This document shows positions 8,513 to 16,743 of a stretch of 41,494 nt of DNA, in pieces. This DNA comes from a virus (Duplodnaviria > Caudoviricetes): positions 1 to 41,494 of IMG/VR virus record IMGVR_UViG_3300031938_000009; one strand, 5' to 3'. Under the pieces are notes generated by a model, which worked only from the letters and a program-made list of their open reading frames with translations, searched no databases and was not told the DNA's origin. The translations under genes were made by a program, and so were the position numbers. Positions within the stretch are counted from its first letter, which is position 1. The number at the start of each line of letters is the position of its first letter.

Positions 8513-8718
8513 GCGGTCAGCCCATGTCCGCAGTTAGGGCACTCGGCGGACAAAGGGACCAGCGTTGACTTCGTGTGACCCTTACGTCTGCGGTACTCGC
8601 GAACATAGGTTGTTCTCGCTTCCCGGCATGGCTCGCAAGGTTCCTCACCCAGCTTCTTGTGCGTCTGGAAACCGCCATAGGTCCCACAGTTAGCCACTTC
8701 TCGGGTGATGATTTTCAT
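8509..8718 (-). CDS. small Zn-binding protein
   Basis: CGTYGGFQTH..PCEPC and CPNC. Confidence 0.65.
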   Translation of the reverse strand: MKIITREVANCGTYGGFQTHKKLGEEPCEPCREARTTYVREYRRRKGHTKSTLVPLSAECPNCGHGLTA

Positions 8719-9242
8719 GCCGCCTGCTCCTTAGCTTCGGACTTCCTTGCGGCGCGGTAATTGCGCATACGGTTGGCGTTGGCTTTCCGGCAAGGTTCGC
8801 AACGGCATCCTGATTGGTAGCGGTTGAATGAGCCATGGCGAGGCTGGTCTGCCTTGCGTTCGCTCCGAAGTCGCTCTCCGGATGCGATGCGTTCCCGGCT
8901 TTTCCGGTTTGACTCGTTGACCGCTTCACGGCGCCTGTATTCCTCGATGGTCAGACCCATCCATTCGGCTGTGGCTGCTTCGAGTCGAGCCCGGCCTATC
9001 TCTGGGGTGTCACCGTAGCGGCTGCTCATGAAGTACTGTTCTTCGGCCATCTTTGCGAGCCTTGCGTTGCGGATGGCCTGGCTTGCGAGGTGCTGGGCTC
9101 GGCGGTTCTGGTCGCGCTTGCCGTGAAGCGTTTTGAGTTCTGCGACCTTCTTGCGGAGAGCGGCCAGTTCGGATGCTGCGAGCTGCGACTGTAGAGCCCG
9201 GATTTCGTTCGTTGCGGACTGGTACTCGTGGACGGTCATCAT
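8715..9242 (-). CDS. coiled-coil protein with C-terminal HG..Y..CRCEPC motif
   Basis: translation; coupled on both sides. Confidence 0.65.
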   Translation of the reverse strand: MMTVHEYQSATNEIRALQSQLAASELAALRKKVAELKTLHGKRDQNRRAQHLASQAIRNARLAKMAEEQYFMSSRYGDTPEIGRARLEAATAEWMGLTIEEYRRREAVNESNRKSRERIASGERLRSERKADQPRHGSFNRYQSGCRCEPCRKANANRMRNYRAARKSEAKEQAA

Positions 9243-9364
9243 TGGCGCACCTCCGTTGTCACGTCGTGGCCGGCCTCGCGTAGGCGGGCGGCGTAGGCTT
9301 CATGGTCTTGTTGGCGGCTCGTCCCGTGATGCAGGAGACCGTTCACGTAAATCAGGTACGTCAT
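9239..9364 (-). CDS. hypothetical protein
   Basis: MTYLIYVNG...; ATGA coupling. Confidence 0.55.
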   Translation of the reverse strand: MTYLIYVNGLLHHGTSRQQDHEAYAARLREAGHDVTTEVRQ

Positions 9365-9498
9365 GACTGCACCAGTTCTTCGAGGCGTTCGCGGAGGATG
9401 GCTGAGACGCTGGTTTCTTGTTGGCCGGCTTTTTCTTTGGCGGCTTCCCAGAGTTCGTCGCTGGCTCGGAAGGTGCGGTGTGGTTCGCGGTTGCTCAT
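9361..9498 (-). CDS. ribbon-helix-helix DNA-binding protein
   Basis: HRTFRASDELWEAAKEKA....SVSAILRERL; AGGAG RBS. Confidence 0.75.
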   Translation of the reverse strand: MSNREPHRTFRASDELWEAAKEKAGQQETSVSAILRERLEELVQS

Positions 9499-9509
9499 AC
9501 GGCTGACTC

Positions 9510-9725
9510 CTAATAGTTTTTGATGATTTCGTGGGCGGGGTCGGTTCCGCCCCAGTCCATCCATTCACCGCAGACCGGGCAGTCGATGCAGCGGGTCGGG
9601 TCTTTCCACTGTTCTTCGTCGGGAAGATCCTGTGATGCGCCGGGGTGTGGGTAGATGACCATCGAGGCTTGGCAGGCGTTGTTCTCGCAGGTGCCCCAGT
9701 GGGCGGTGCGGTCAGGCTTGCTCAC
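9510..9725 (-). CDS. small Zn-ribbon protein
   Basis: CENNAC and CPVC. Confidence 0.6.
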   Translation of the reverse strand: MSKPDRTAHWGTCENNACQASMVIYPHPGASQDLPDEEQWKDPTRCIDCPVCGEWMDWGGTDPAHEIIKNY

Positions 9726-9729
9726 TCGT

Positions 9730-9909
9730 TCAGCCTGCTTTCACTGTCAGTTCAACCAGCGTCAGGTCTTCGGGGAGTTCGCTAACTGTGTAGTTCATGC
9801 CTACCCACATCACGGCGACCTTCCCCTTGTGGATGCCTGACTTCTTGACGGGCTCGGTGATGATGCCGATGTTGCCTTTGTTGTCCGTGACTGCCTGTCC
9901 TGCGCGCAT
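9730..9909 (-). CDS. small beta-rich (SH3/KOW-like) protein
   Basis: MRAGQAVTD..GII...VAVMW; TAAGGAG RBS. Confidence 0.65.
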   Translation of the reverse strand: MRAGQAVTDNKGNIGIITEPVKKSGIHKGKVAVMWVGMNYTVSELPEDLTLVELTVKAG

Positions 9910-9922
9910 CTTGTGCTCCTTA

Positions 9923-9995
9923 TCTGGTTCTTTCTGGTTGGTATGTACCCATGATAGGCAGAACACGCAGAAACGCGCAACTCAAACAACCAAAA
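9923..9995 (-). promoter_or_regulatory. promoter of the RHH cassette
   Basis: TTGCGC, 18 bp, TATCAT; GGTACATACC near-palindrome at the start site; AACCAGA x2 downstream; 21 bp identical to the cro promoter. Confidence 0.7.
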
Positions 9996-10026
9996 AAGTG
10001 GCCCCAACCAGAAGGTCAGGGCCACT
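9992..10026 (-). terminator. intrinsic terminator after ssb
   Basis: AGTGGCCC/GGGCCACT stem followed by a T run on the minus strand. Confidence 0.6.
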
Positions 10027-10041
10027 CGAAGGTGCTACAGG

Positions 10042-10476
10042 TCAGAACGCGGGCGATTCTCCCCACGCAGGGTTAGCAGGCGCCGTTGATGGTGCCGCCC
10101 AAGGATCCTGCGCGGGCGCCTGGGCGCGCTGCGCCGGCTGCTGCTGACCTGCCTTCGCGGGCACAAGCCCAACAGTGTCAGCCACAACATCCAACGAGGA
10201 CCGCTTAACGCCGTCCTTCTCATACTCACGCGACGACAACCGGCCAGACACTGCCACGCGCTGCTTAGCGCCCTCCCGCAGCACCTCAGCCAAATCCTCA
10301 GCCGCGTAACCGAACACGGTCACGTTGTACCAGGTTGTTCCCGTGTCAGCCCACTCGCCATTCACCTTGCCGCGGTGACCCTCAGCCGCCGAGAACTGGA
10401 TCCGCGGCTTACCGTCGTTGCTGTACTGGATCTGCTTGACGCTAGCCACGTTGCCCTGAAATGAAATGTTCGCCAT
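10042..10476 (-). CDS. ssb: single-stranded DNA-binding protein
   Basis: OB-fold GNV..TTWYNVTVFG..V.GRL..RE; Q/P tail with DPW and terminal PAF. Confidence 0.9.
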   Translation of the reverse strand: MANISFQGNVASVKQIQYSNDGKPRIQFSAAEGHRGKVNGEWADTGTTWYNVTVFGYAAEDLAEVLREGAKQRVAVSGRLSSREYEKDGVKRSSLDVVADTVGLVPAKAGQQQPAQRAQAPAQDPWAAPSTAPANPAWGESPAF

Positions 10477-10478
10477 GT

Positions 10479-10772
10479 TTATGCTGCCTTCTGTTCGGTG
10501 ATGGTGGTTGCGTATTTTTCGAGGTTTGCGGGGATGAATCCGAACCAGTGAAAATCTGTCTCGGGATCCCCGGCGCTGTACTGCACGTAAGGCATGGTGG
10601 GGCGTCCTGTCATGCCGTCAGCCTCGGCAATGGCCCTAATGGAGTCGGCTACGTTCTCATCAGCCGTTGCATCAATCGTTTCAAACGGGATGCCCTTCTT
10701 GGTCAGCCAGGTCTTCGTCATGTTGCACTGACGGCAGGCGGGGGTCGTGTAGACAGTTATTGAGTGAGTCAT
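10479..10772 (-). CDS. NrdH-like glutaredoxin
   Basis: ITVYTTPACRQCNMTK, MPYV, WFGF. Confidence 0.85.
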   Translation of the reverse strand: MTHSITVYTTPACRQCNMTKTWLTKKGIPFETIDATADENVADSIRAIAEADGMTGRPTMPYVQYSAGDPETDFHWFGFIPANLEKYATTITEQKAA

Positions 10773-10780
10773 GGTGCTTT

Positions 10781-10942
10781 CTAGTTGTTGAATCCGGTGA
10801 GATGGAACGCGCCACACAGCGCGCAATGGTAGGTCTGCACGCGGTGAAGCGTGCGTGACTTTAGGGACCGGTCGCGATTCTGCCGGTTAGCTACCTGAGC
10901 CGCCTGCTTATACGTTCTAAAGCAGTGCTTGCCGCAGGTCAC
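10781..10942 (-). CDS. small Zn-finger protein
   Basis: CGK..F...YHCALCGAFHLT; GTGA coupling. Confidence 0.65.
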   Translation of the reverse strand: MTCGKHCFRTYKQAAQVANRQNRDRSLKSRTLHRVQTYHCALCGAFHLTGFNN

Positions 10943-11493
10943 CGGACTGCCGCTCTGATCTTGTCGAGCGCGGCCTGTGGTGCTTTCATGGCCTGCACTT
11001 TGGCATGCAGAGCGCGGAGCTTCGATTCGTCGCCTCCGCATTCGGCAATGGCGGCGTCAAGGTCAAAAGCATCGGCGCTAATATCCTCAGCCACGCATTC
11101 CACAAGCTCGGGGAGCGGCTGCACAGTGAACGGTTTGCGTCTGCCTCGGGTGGCTGTGAGGGCTGCGGTGAGCGGCTTGGTGATGTGAGACAGTGCGGCT
11201 ATCTCGATCCCGCCGACAGCCTTGCCGCCGTATACGACCTCCGGGTTGCCGAACAGGGTCATGCGCCGCCCGACGTAGACGCTCGAGTCCGCACCCCATG
11301 CCATGACGAGCACGCGGCGCATACTCTTGTTGGGCTTGAACGGTCGGCCTGGGTACTCTGCAAGCTCGATGTTTACCGGCTGCTCAGCGTTGCCCTTGGT
11401 CACGGCGGAGATGGTGACGGTGCGGGGGCCGGCAAGGTAGTCATCGTAGTTCTGTTGGTCAGACTTAGGTGAGATTGTCTCTGAAAGGTCCAT
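10939..11493 (-). CDS. conserved partner of the RecE-like exonuclease (possible annealing protein)
   Basis: MDLSETISPKSDQQN.DD...; occupies the RecT position. Confidence 0.6.
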   Translation of the reverse strand: MDLSETISPKSDQQNYDDYLAGPRTVTISAVTKGNAEQPVNIELAEYPGRPFKPNKSMRRVLVMAWGADSSVYVGRRMTLFGNPEVVYGGKAVGGIEIAALSHITKPLTAALTATRGRRKPFTVQPLPELVECVAEDISADAFDLDAAIAECGGDESKLRALHAKVQAMKAPQAALDKIRAAVR

Positions 11494-11495
11494 TG

Positions 11496-12335
11496 TTAGA
11501 ACTCCACTTCGATGTCGCCGCTGATGCCGAGTAGTTCTTCGGCCTGGTAGATAGCCCACATGGGGAGGCTGACGAGTTCGCCGGATGGGTAGCCGGGCCA
11601 GTTACCGGTTTCCGAACATTCGCGGTAGATGCGTTTGGCTCGGTCGTTTAGCTGCCGGCCAATATTGACGGCCTCGGTGTCGAGTTCGACGACGGACACA
11701 AGGTAGGGTTCGGTTTTTTCGACGAGTACGAAGTGGAAGGGGAGTTCTTCGCCGGTCACTTCTTTTACGCCGTCAATGTAGTGTGCGGCTGACTGGTGGT
11801 AACCGTATTCGGCTGCTGTTTTCCCAAAGGTGTTGGGGTTGGCGTCACGTGCCGTTTTAAGGTCGACGAGTCGTTCCCCGTCGTGCCATGCGTCAGGCCG
11901 GCACTTGAGTGCGAGGCCGTCTTCGTCCCAGAACACGGATGCTTCGGCGCGGTGACCTGTGAAGAGTTCGCGGGCTCGCTTGTGGCGCATCACGGAATCC
12001 CGCATGGCCTGGACCTGCTGAAACTCTTTAATGAGCAGAGGCACCTTATTGGCTGCCAACGCCTCAGCCTTAGCTGCTTTGGCGTCCTTGGTGAGCCAGT
12101 TGGCGGCGTCAACTACAACGAACTGCGAGGCGTCATCTTCGAGGATGAGGGAGTGCGCTGCTGTTCCGAGTGTGAAGGCATCGGAAGTTTTTGGGTGGGT
12201 GCTGTCGTATAGCCAGTGCGCCGGGGTTTTAGTGGCCAGGGTTTTCAGGCTAGTGGATCCGAGGGCCGGGTGTGCGTGGTAATCCTTGTTGCTGATGCCG
12301 TCGTAAACGCCGGGTTGATCAGTCAGTGTGCTCAT
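11496..12335 (-). CDS. RecE/exonuclease VIII-like PD-(D/E)XK nuclease
   Basis: GTAAH, KCRPD, VDLKT, YGYHQSAAHY, VEKTEPY. Confidence 0.85.
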   Translation of the reverse strand: MSTLTDQPGVYDGISNKDYHAHPALGSTSLKTLATKTPAHWLYDSTHPKTSDAFTLGTAAHSLILEDDASQFVVVDAANWLTKDAKAAKAEALAANKVPLLIKEFQQVQAMRDSVMRHKRARELFTGHRAEASVFWDEDGLALKCRPDAWHDGERLVDLKTARDANPNTFGKTAAEYGYHQSAAHYIDGVKEVTGEELPFHFVLVEKTEPYLVSVVELDTEAVNIGRQLNDRAKRIYRECSETGNWPGYPSGELVSLPMWAIYQAEELLGISGDIEVEF

Positions 12336-12417
12336 CTTCGTCCTTTGTCTGGGTGTAGCGGCTGGTGTCGAGGTTTAGGAGGAGTGCGACGTTGGCGGGG
12401 TCGAACCAGTCGCTCAT
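12319..12417 (-). CDS. small hypothetical protein
   Basis: MSDWFDPAN...; ATGA coupling. Confidence 0.45.
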   Translation of the reverse strand: MSDWFDPANVALLLNLDTSRYTQTKDEDEHTD

Positions 12418-12587
12418 TCGCCCATCACCATCCGGAGCAGGTCGGGTGCGCGGTGGAGTAGTATGGCGCGGGCTTTGTCGCGTTCGTCCTGGTTGTGCGG
12501 CACGTGGTTGAGGAGGGCTTGCTGGTGCGCGTTGAATACGGAACCGGGCTGGAACGTCACCTTGCCGCCAGGGATAAGCTCGAACAT
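12414..12587 (-). CDS. 57-aa hypothetical protein (not in ORF track)
   Basis: MFELIPGGKVTFQ...; TAATG and ATGA coupling. Confidence 0.55.
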   Translation of the reverse strand: MFELIPGGKVTFQPGSVFNAHQQALLNHVPHNQDERDKARAILLHRAPDLLRMVMGE

Positions 12588-12976
12588 TAGAAAGCCTTCC
12601 CGTGAAGGCGTTCACGGGTGGAGTTGAACAAAAGCTTTTCGTTGAGGATCCGCGCTAGGTCAATACCCTCGGTGTAGGCGAAGTCGAAGCAGCGGATCAC
12701 AACGTCAGCTATCTCGGACGGCACACCCTCGGGCTTCGGAAGAATGTCCTCATGCCCGACAGGGTAGTAAGTCTCGTTCGCCTTCCGCCCATTGCGGATT
12801 TCGTCGTGTGCTTCAACAACCTCAGACACGATCAACAAAAGTTTGTTGCCCTGCCAGTTCGCCAACTCCGGACCATCCTTGGGCCGGTCATCATGAAAGC
12901 CTTTACGCTCGGCACCCATCCCGCAAACGTTCTGCAAGGTACGAACCGATTGCATCATTTCCTCAGTAAGACTCAT
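12587..12976 (-). CDS. MazG-like NTP pyrophosphohydrolase
   Basis: SEVVEAHDE...SEIADVVIR..N..RERLHGK. Confidence 0.8.
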   Translation of the reverse strand: MSLTEEMMQSVRTLQNVCGMGAERKGFHDDRPKDGPELANWQGNKLLLIVSEVVEAHDEIRNGRKANETYYPVGHEDILPKPEGVPSEIADVVIRCFDFAYTEGIDLARILNEKLLFNSTRERLHGKAF

Positions 12977-13067
12977 CTTCTAGCTTCCTGTCATGTTCAA
13001 GGGCGGGGCGGATTGCGAGGCCGAAACCAACGCAGAGGCAAAGGACGGGGATGATCATGAAACTCAT
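12963..13067 (-). CDS. small membrane peptide
   Basis: MSFMIIPVLCLCVGFGLAI hydrophobic segment. Confidence 0.5.
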   Translation of the reverse strand: MSFMIIPVLCLCVGFGLAIRPALEHDRKLEDESY

Positions 13068-13153
13068 GACGCGGCCTTCACGGTGACGATGCGGGCGTGC
13101 TGTGTGGCGGCTTCGATACGGGCCGCTAGTAATAGGAGTTGTTCGGCGCTCAT
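13064..13153 (-). CDS. 29-aa peptide (not in ORF track)
   Basis: MSAEQLLLLAARIE...; ATGA coupling on both sides. Confidence 0.45.
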   Translation of the reverse strand: MSAEQLLLLAARIEAATQHARIVTVKAAS

Positions 13154-13299
13154 GACCGCCCCTTTGCATGGTTCTCGCGGTTGTGCTGGCTCGCCCAGAT
13201 GTGCGCGTCAACCTGCCTCGCGGTGTTCAGGCCATCGCTACACGTATGGCACCACGCCTGGTACTTGCGGGGGCTAAGGCGTTCAACAGACGCGCTCAT
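13150..13299 (-). CDS. 49-aa C2H2-like protein (not in ORF track)
   Basis: AWCHTC...WASQHNRENH; ATGA coupling. Confidence 0.55.
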   Translation of the reverse strand: MSASVERLSPRKYQAWCHTCSDGLNTARQVDAHIWASQHNRENHAKGRS

Positions 13300-13670
13300 G
13301 CTGCCCTCAGATCGGCGGGCTTAGCCTGGATGCCGGCGTTAGCGAGAAGGCAGTACGTTTCCTGGTGAATCGTGTTCATCAGCCGCTCGTGAAGCTCCGG
13401 GCGATTATCAACGGTGAACGTCGCGTTAATCTCGAGGTCTTCGTGAGTTCCGTTCTCGAACTGCCCAAGCTGCTCATAAGAATCAAGAAGGTCGTACACG
13501 TCACCCTCACGAACCTCCTGCGAGCCAATCAACCAACGGAGCCGGAGTGTTGCATCCTCAACGGCCTTATCAACATCAGTGGACGGCATAAACCAGGTAC
13601 GGTGCGCAAGGTCAGCCACGAAAAAGCGGACTACTTGATAAGCCTCGCTGTATTGCAGTTTGACGCTCAT
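13296..13670 (-). CDS. hypothetical protein
   Basis: coupled ORF in the early operon. Confidence 0.65.
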   Translation of the reverse strand: MSVKLQYSEAYQVVRFFVADLAHRTWFMPSTDVDKAVEDATLRLRWLIGSQEVREGDVYDLLDSYEQLGQFENGTHEDLEINATFTVDNRPELHERLMNTIHQETYCLLANAGIQAKPADLRAA

Positions 13671-13894
13671 TTCTTCCCCCTAGTTGCGCGAGTCCCGATG
13701 CGGGGCCTGCGTTCTGCTGGTTGTTGTTGCTTGGTGTAGAGCTGGACTATGGCTTCCAGATGCTCGGTTGTGAATCTGACTCGACATCCGACCAAAACGT
13801 GCGGCCAGGCATCCTTCTTCTTCAGCGCGTAAGCACTTGACCGCGAGATGATCAGCATTTCTGCTATGTCATCGATGGTTAGGAGAGGCGGCAT
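13667..13894 (-). CDS. xis: excisionase/Xis-like HTH protein
   Basis: LLTIDDIAEMLIISRSSAY...VGCRVRF HTH_17-like pattern, early in the cro operon. Confidence 0.75.
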   Translation of the reverse strand: MPPLLTIDDIAEMLIISRSSAYALKKKDAWPHVLVGCRVRFTTEHLEAIVQLYTKQQQPAERRPRIGTRATRGKK

Positions 13895-14472
13895 TAGGCA
13901 GTCCTCTTATCCATGTCACTGTGGGTAAAGATTTCGAGGCGCTTAGCGATTACTGCAGCTTCCGCTTCTTCTTTGGTCGGGAACATGCGCTGGTACACGC
14001 ACTTGTAGTCGCTATAAACCGCGGCCTGCCAGCCGGGCCGGCCGTTTGGTTTAGTGACACCTCTGATTCCCGATCGGTTCGTAATCTGGGCGCCAGACCG
14101 GTTCTCCTGGTTCTGCTTTGGAGTGGCTAGACGAAGGTGTGCGGGGTTGCAGCACGCCCGGTTGAAACATAGGTGGTCCACGAGCATTCCCTCGGGGATG
14201 GGCCCATTGGCAAGCTCGAAAGAGAACCTATGCGCTACGGTCTGGGTGCCGGTGTCGAAGCGATCAAATGCCCCATAACCACCGTTGATCGTTCCACCCA
14301 TCCAGTTCCAGCACGTATCGGTCTTTTCGACGCGAGCCCAGAACCTTTCCTCAAGTGTCGGTTTAGGTGGAAGTTCGATGGTGCCGTACTTGCGCATTCG
14401 CCATTCGTGAGCGGCGCAGCGCCCGCGGCTCTTCCACTTCTTTCCGCAGCCTTCTACCGCGCAAGTCCTCAT
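13894..14472 (-). CDS. HNH endonuclease with AP2-like C-terminus
   Basis: RFWARV..CWNW.G..AHRFS..DHLCFNRACCNPAHL..N; SGIRGV..WQA..F.TKEEA. Confidence 0.85.
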   Translation of the reverse strand: MRTCAVEGCGKKWKSRGRCAAHEWRMRKYGTIELPPKPTLEERFWARVEKTDTCWNWMGGTINGGYGAFDRFDTGTQTVAHRFSFELANGPIPEGMLVDHLCFNRACCNPAHLRLATPKQNQENRSGAQITNRSGIRGVTKPNGRPGWQAAVYSDYKCVYQRMFPTKEEAEAAVIAKRLEIFTHSDMDKRTA

Positions 14473-14690
14473 GCCGCCACCTGCTCGGTGGTTATGGCGT
14501 CAGCGTCGATACCGAGTGTTGAGCTGATCGCTTCTATGACACGTATGGAGGTGTCTCGTTCTCCTACCTCAACGCGGTGGAGGTGTGATGCGGAGATGCC
14601 GGCGGCTTGTGCCAGGTCCCGTTGGGTGACCTTGGCGGCTTTGCGATGCTGTCTGATCGCTGACCCGTTGGTCTTGTGTGCTTGTCCCAT
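14469..14690 (-). CDS. cro: Cro-like Xre HTH protein (leaderless)
   Basis: IRQHRKAAKVTQRDLAQAAGISASHLHRVEVG; divergent from the repressor. Confidence 0.8.
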   Translation of the reverse strand: MGQAHKTNGSAIRQHRKAAKVTQRDLAQAAGISASHLHRVEVGERDTSIRVIEAISSTLGIDADAITTEQVAA

Positions 14691-14696
14691 ATGAAG

Positions 14697-14741
14697 ATAG
14701 TAGACGCTGCGCGCAGCAACGCGCAACTCAAACAACCAGAA
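14697..14741 (-). promoter_or_regulatory. early lytic promoter
   Basis: TTGCGC, 18 bp, TACTAT, 6 nt, ATG; GCTGCGCGCAGC palindrome in the spacer. Confidence 0.7.
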
Positions 14742-14904
14742 TAATGACGCTACTCGGTTCCATGCCCACATTAGTAAGCAGGCTGTTAGCGCAACCTACG
14801 CAGAACGTGCGAAAGTAGGTGCAGATGCGCAACCAAGTAGGAACTTGCGCGCAAAGATGAGTACAACCACTTATTGGCAGAGAAGTGCAGGAAGTAGCAA
14901 CATA

Positions 14905-15588
14905 ATGACCATGACACTAACTGGACCGCAGATTCGCGAAGCAAGAGGCAGAGTCGGATGGACGCAGAAGGAGTTGGCTGAAGCAGTGGGAGTTTCATTG
15001 AGAAGTGTGAGCGCATGGGAAAGGGGCGAGGCCGTGCCCCGTTCAAAGATGCCCGTACTACAGGACGTTCTCGGGACGTATCTGCCCGGCGAAGATACTA
15101 GGCGGGCCGTGCTCATGAGGTTGGGGCAGCTGGCTAGGCGGAGACGCGAGGAAATTGGCGTGTCGCGTCCAAAGTTGGCCCAGGAAGCCGGCGTCTCCCT
15201 GACGACGATTCAGAATTTGGAAACGGCTGTTTACCTGCCTCAGTCTCACATTCTTAAGAGGATTGAGAGGGTCTTGGAGTGGAAGCATGGCGCTTACCTG
15301 AGCTTTTACGAGCGGGCTGGTGATATAGATCCTGAGTCGATTCGCATGGAGGACCTTGAGGGGGATGCGCCTGGGATGACTCCGCCAGTGCCTCGTGGCG
15401 GTTTGCATTCGTACACTACGGATGAGCTGTTGCAGGAGGTTAGGCGTCGGGTTAGGGAGTCCGATATGCGCTGGCAGATGTTCGGGCAGGGTGTCGAGAT
15501 TCCGGAACCTTCAGAGTTTAGGGAGCAGCCCGACTGGGATCTTGCAGCCAACGATGACATGACCGGAGGCGATGATCCTGATAACTAG
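14905..15588 (+). CDS. immunity repressor with two tandem Xre HTH domains
   Basis: WTQKELAEAVGVSLRSVSAWERG and SRPKLAQEAGVSLTTIQNLE; start 14905 or 14911. Confidence 0.8.
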   Translation: MTMTLTGPQIREARGRVGWTQKELAEAVGVSLRSVSAWERGEAVPRSKMPVLQDVLGTYLPGEDTRRAVLMRLGQLARRRREEIGVSRPKLAQEAGVSLTTIQNLETAVYLPQSHILKRIERVLEWKHGAYLSFYERAGDIDPESIRMEDLEGDAPGMTPPVPRGGLHSYTTDELLQEVRRRVRESDMRWQMFGQGVEIPEPSEFREQPDWDLAANDDMTGGDDPDN

Positions 15589-15603
15589 CCAACAATCCAT
15601 TTG

Positions 15604-15637
15604 AAGGCCCTCACGTTCGCGGCGTGGGGGCCTTTTT
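15604..15637 (+). terminator. intrinsic terminator
   Basis: AAGGCCCTCACG...CGTGGGGGCCTTTTT. Confidence 0.8.
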
Positions 15638-15808
15638 GCGGTGTGACAATTAATGAACGGGAGCCATTTTAATGAATTTCTGACGTGAGCTTAATCACGA
15701 TTCGTACGCTAACCATCCACGCTACGAGCCTCTGACCTGCGGAAACTTTTCACCTAGTGTTTTCTGGTTAATGAACAACCAGATTAACTCAGGAGACCAC
15801 ACCTTAAC

Positions 15809-15830
15809 TGTCACCGCCTGCCCTTAGTCT
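15809..15830 (+). promoter_or_regulatory. RecA-NDp/PafBC-type promoter
   Basis: TGTCAC-N10-TAGTCT against the consensus TGTCGG-N10-TA-N3-T. Confidence 0.6.
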
Positions 15831-15873
15831 TCTCTCGGGGGTTAAATCAGGCATATGTTTTGGGGGTTTTACA

Positions 15874-16278
15874 GTGGTGAAGATTTTTGAGGTTGACGAC
15901 ATGCCGGCGGGTCTCAGTGGTCAAACAGACGGCGTGGATATCTGGATCAGCAGTAGATTGAACCCCGTGCAGAGGAAGTGCACCATAGCCCATGAGCTGG
16001 TTCACATAGAGTGGCAGCACTCGCGTCCGCAGCCTGAGCATGTGGAGATGCTTGTGCGTTACGAGACGGCTAGGCGGTTGCTGCCTATTTCTCTTGCTGG
16101 CCAGTGCCGGGGCGCGACGGTGCGTGAGGTCGCGGATAACTTCGAGGTGACGCCCAGGGTGCTCATGGATCGGGTTGCGTCAGCGACCGAGGAAGAGATG
16201 GAGCTTGGCGGGTGTGAGTCATGTCAGCTTTGCCCGGCGGCTAGGTTTAGATTCAGTAAGCAGACTGTTAGTGTCTAG
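15874..16278 (+). CDS. ImmA/IrrE-family metallopeptidase (anti-repressor)
   Basis: QRKCTIAHELVH HExxH motif, ARRLL, VADNFEVT; next to the repressor. Confidence 0.8.
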   Translation: MVKIFEVDDMPAGLSGQTDGVDIWISSRLNPVQRKCTIAHELVHIEWQHSRPQPEHVEMLVRYETARRLLPISLAGQCRGATVREVADNFEVTPRVLMDRVASATEEEMELGGCESCQLCPAARFRFSKQTVSV

Positions 16279-16305
16279 GGGTTACGCGCTGGTATTCTTC
16301 ATGCC

Positions 16306-16446
16306 ATGGATGACTTCGAGGCTATCGTGGGCATGATCCCCGTAGAGGAAGTACCGACGGTCACGGAGACGTTGACGTTGGGCAAGAAGACCTTTATTAG
16401 GTACGTCAAGGGCCCGGCTGTCGAATGGGTCACCGTAGAGCACTAA
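16306..16446 (+). CDS. 46-aa leaderless protein (not in ORF track)
   Basis: TGG-TATTCT-N7-ATG; MDDFEAIVGMIP...; terminator follows. Confidence 0.55.
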   Translation: MDDFEAIVGMIPVEEVPTVTETLTLGKKTFIRYVKGPAVEWVTVEH

Positions 16447-16463
16447 GCAGCATCACCAGGAGG

Positions 16464-16485
16464 GCCCCGCTTCGGCGGGGCTTTT
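16464..16485 (+). terminator. intrinsic terminator
   Basis: GCCCCGC-TTCG-GCGGGGC-TTTT. Confidence 0.85.
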
Positions 16486-16488
16486 CTT

Positions 16489-16545
16489 GTTTCTGCGGGT
16501 TTCTGCGTGTTCCTACTTGCGGTGTACTACACCCTTGTGTAATCT
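16489..16545 (+). promoter_or_regulatory. promoter and operator of the second RHH cassette
   Basis: TTGCGG, 17 bp, TAATCT; palindrome GGTGTA-C-TACACC at 16521-16533. Confidence 0.7.
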
Positions 16546-16743
16546 GGTCCTAACGAAGACCAAAGGAGCAGAAACATGAACCACCACGAACCACAACAAC
16601 AACCGGCCTAACCCGCCGACGTAACTAACCCACAAACCTAAGCAGGAGCAATGAGAACAGCGCAACAACAACAAGCATCCGCGGCCAGTCAGGTGACAAG
16701 CCACGGATGCAACCGCACTAACCGAAGTCACCGAGAGGAACCC

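Noticed and set aside
7353-8537. 394-aa plus-strand ORF
   Set aside because: Antisense to a well-coupled minus-strand operon; no recognisable domain.
12587-12976. MazG-like gene as an anti-defence system
   Set aside because: Common phage gene; nothing in the sequence separates anti-defence from nucleotide-pool housekeeping.
15729-15746. CTGACCTGCGGAAAC motif
   Set aside because: Resembles a sequence often seen in actinobacterial mobile DNA, but it is a single copy with no function I can support.
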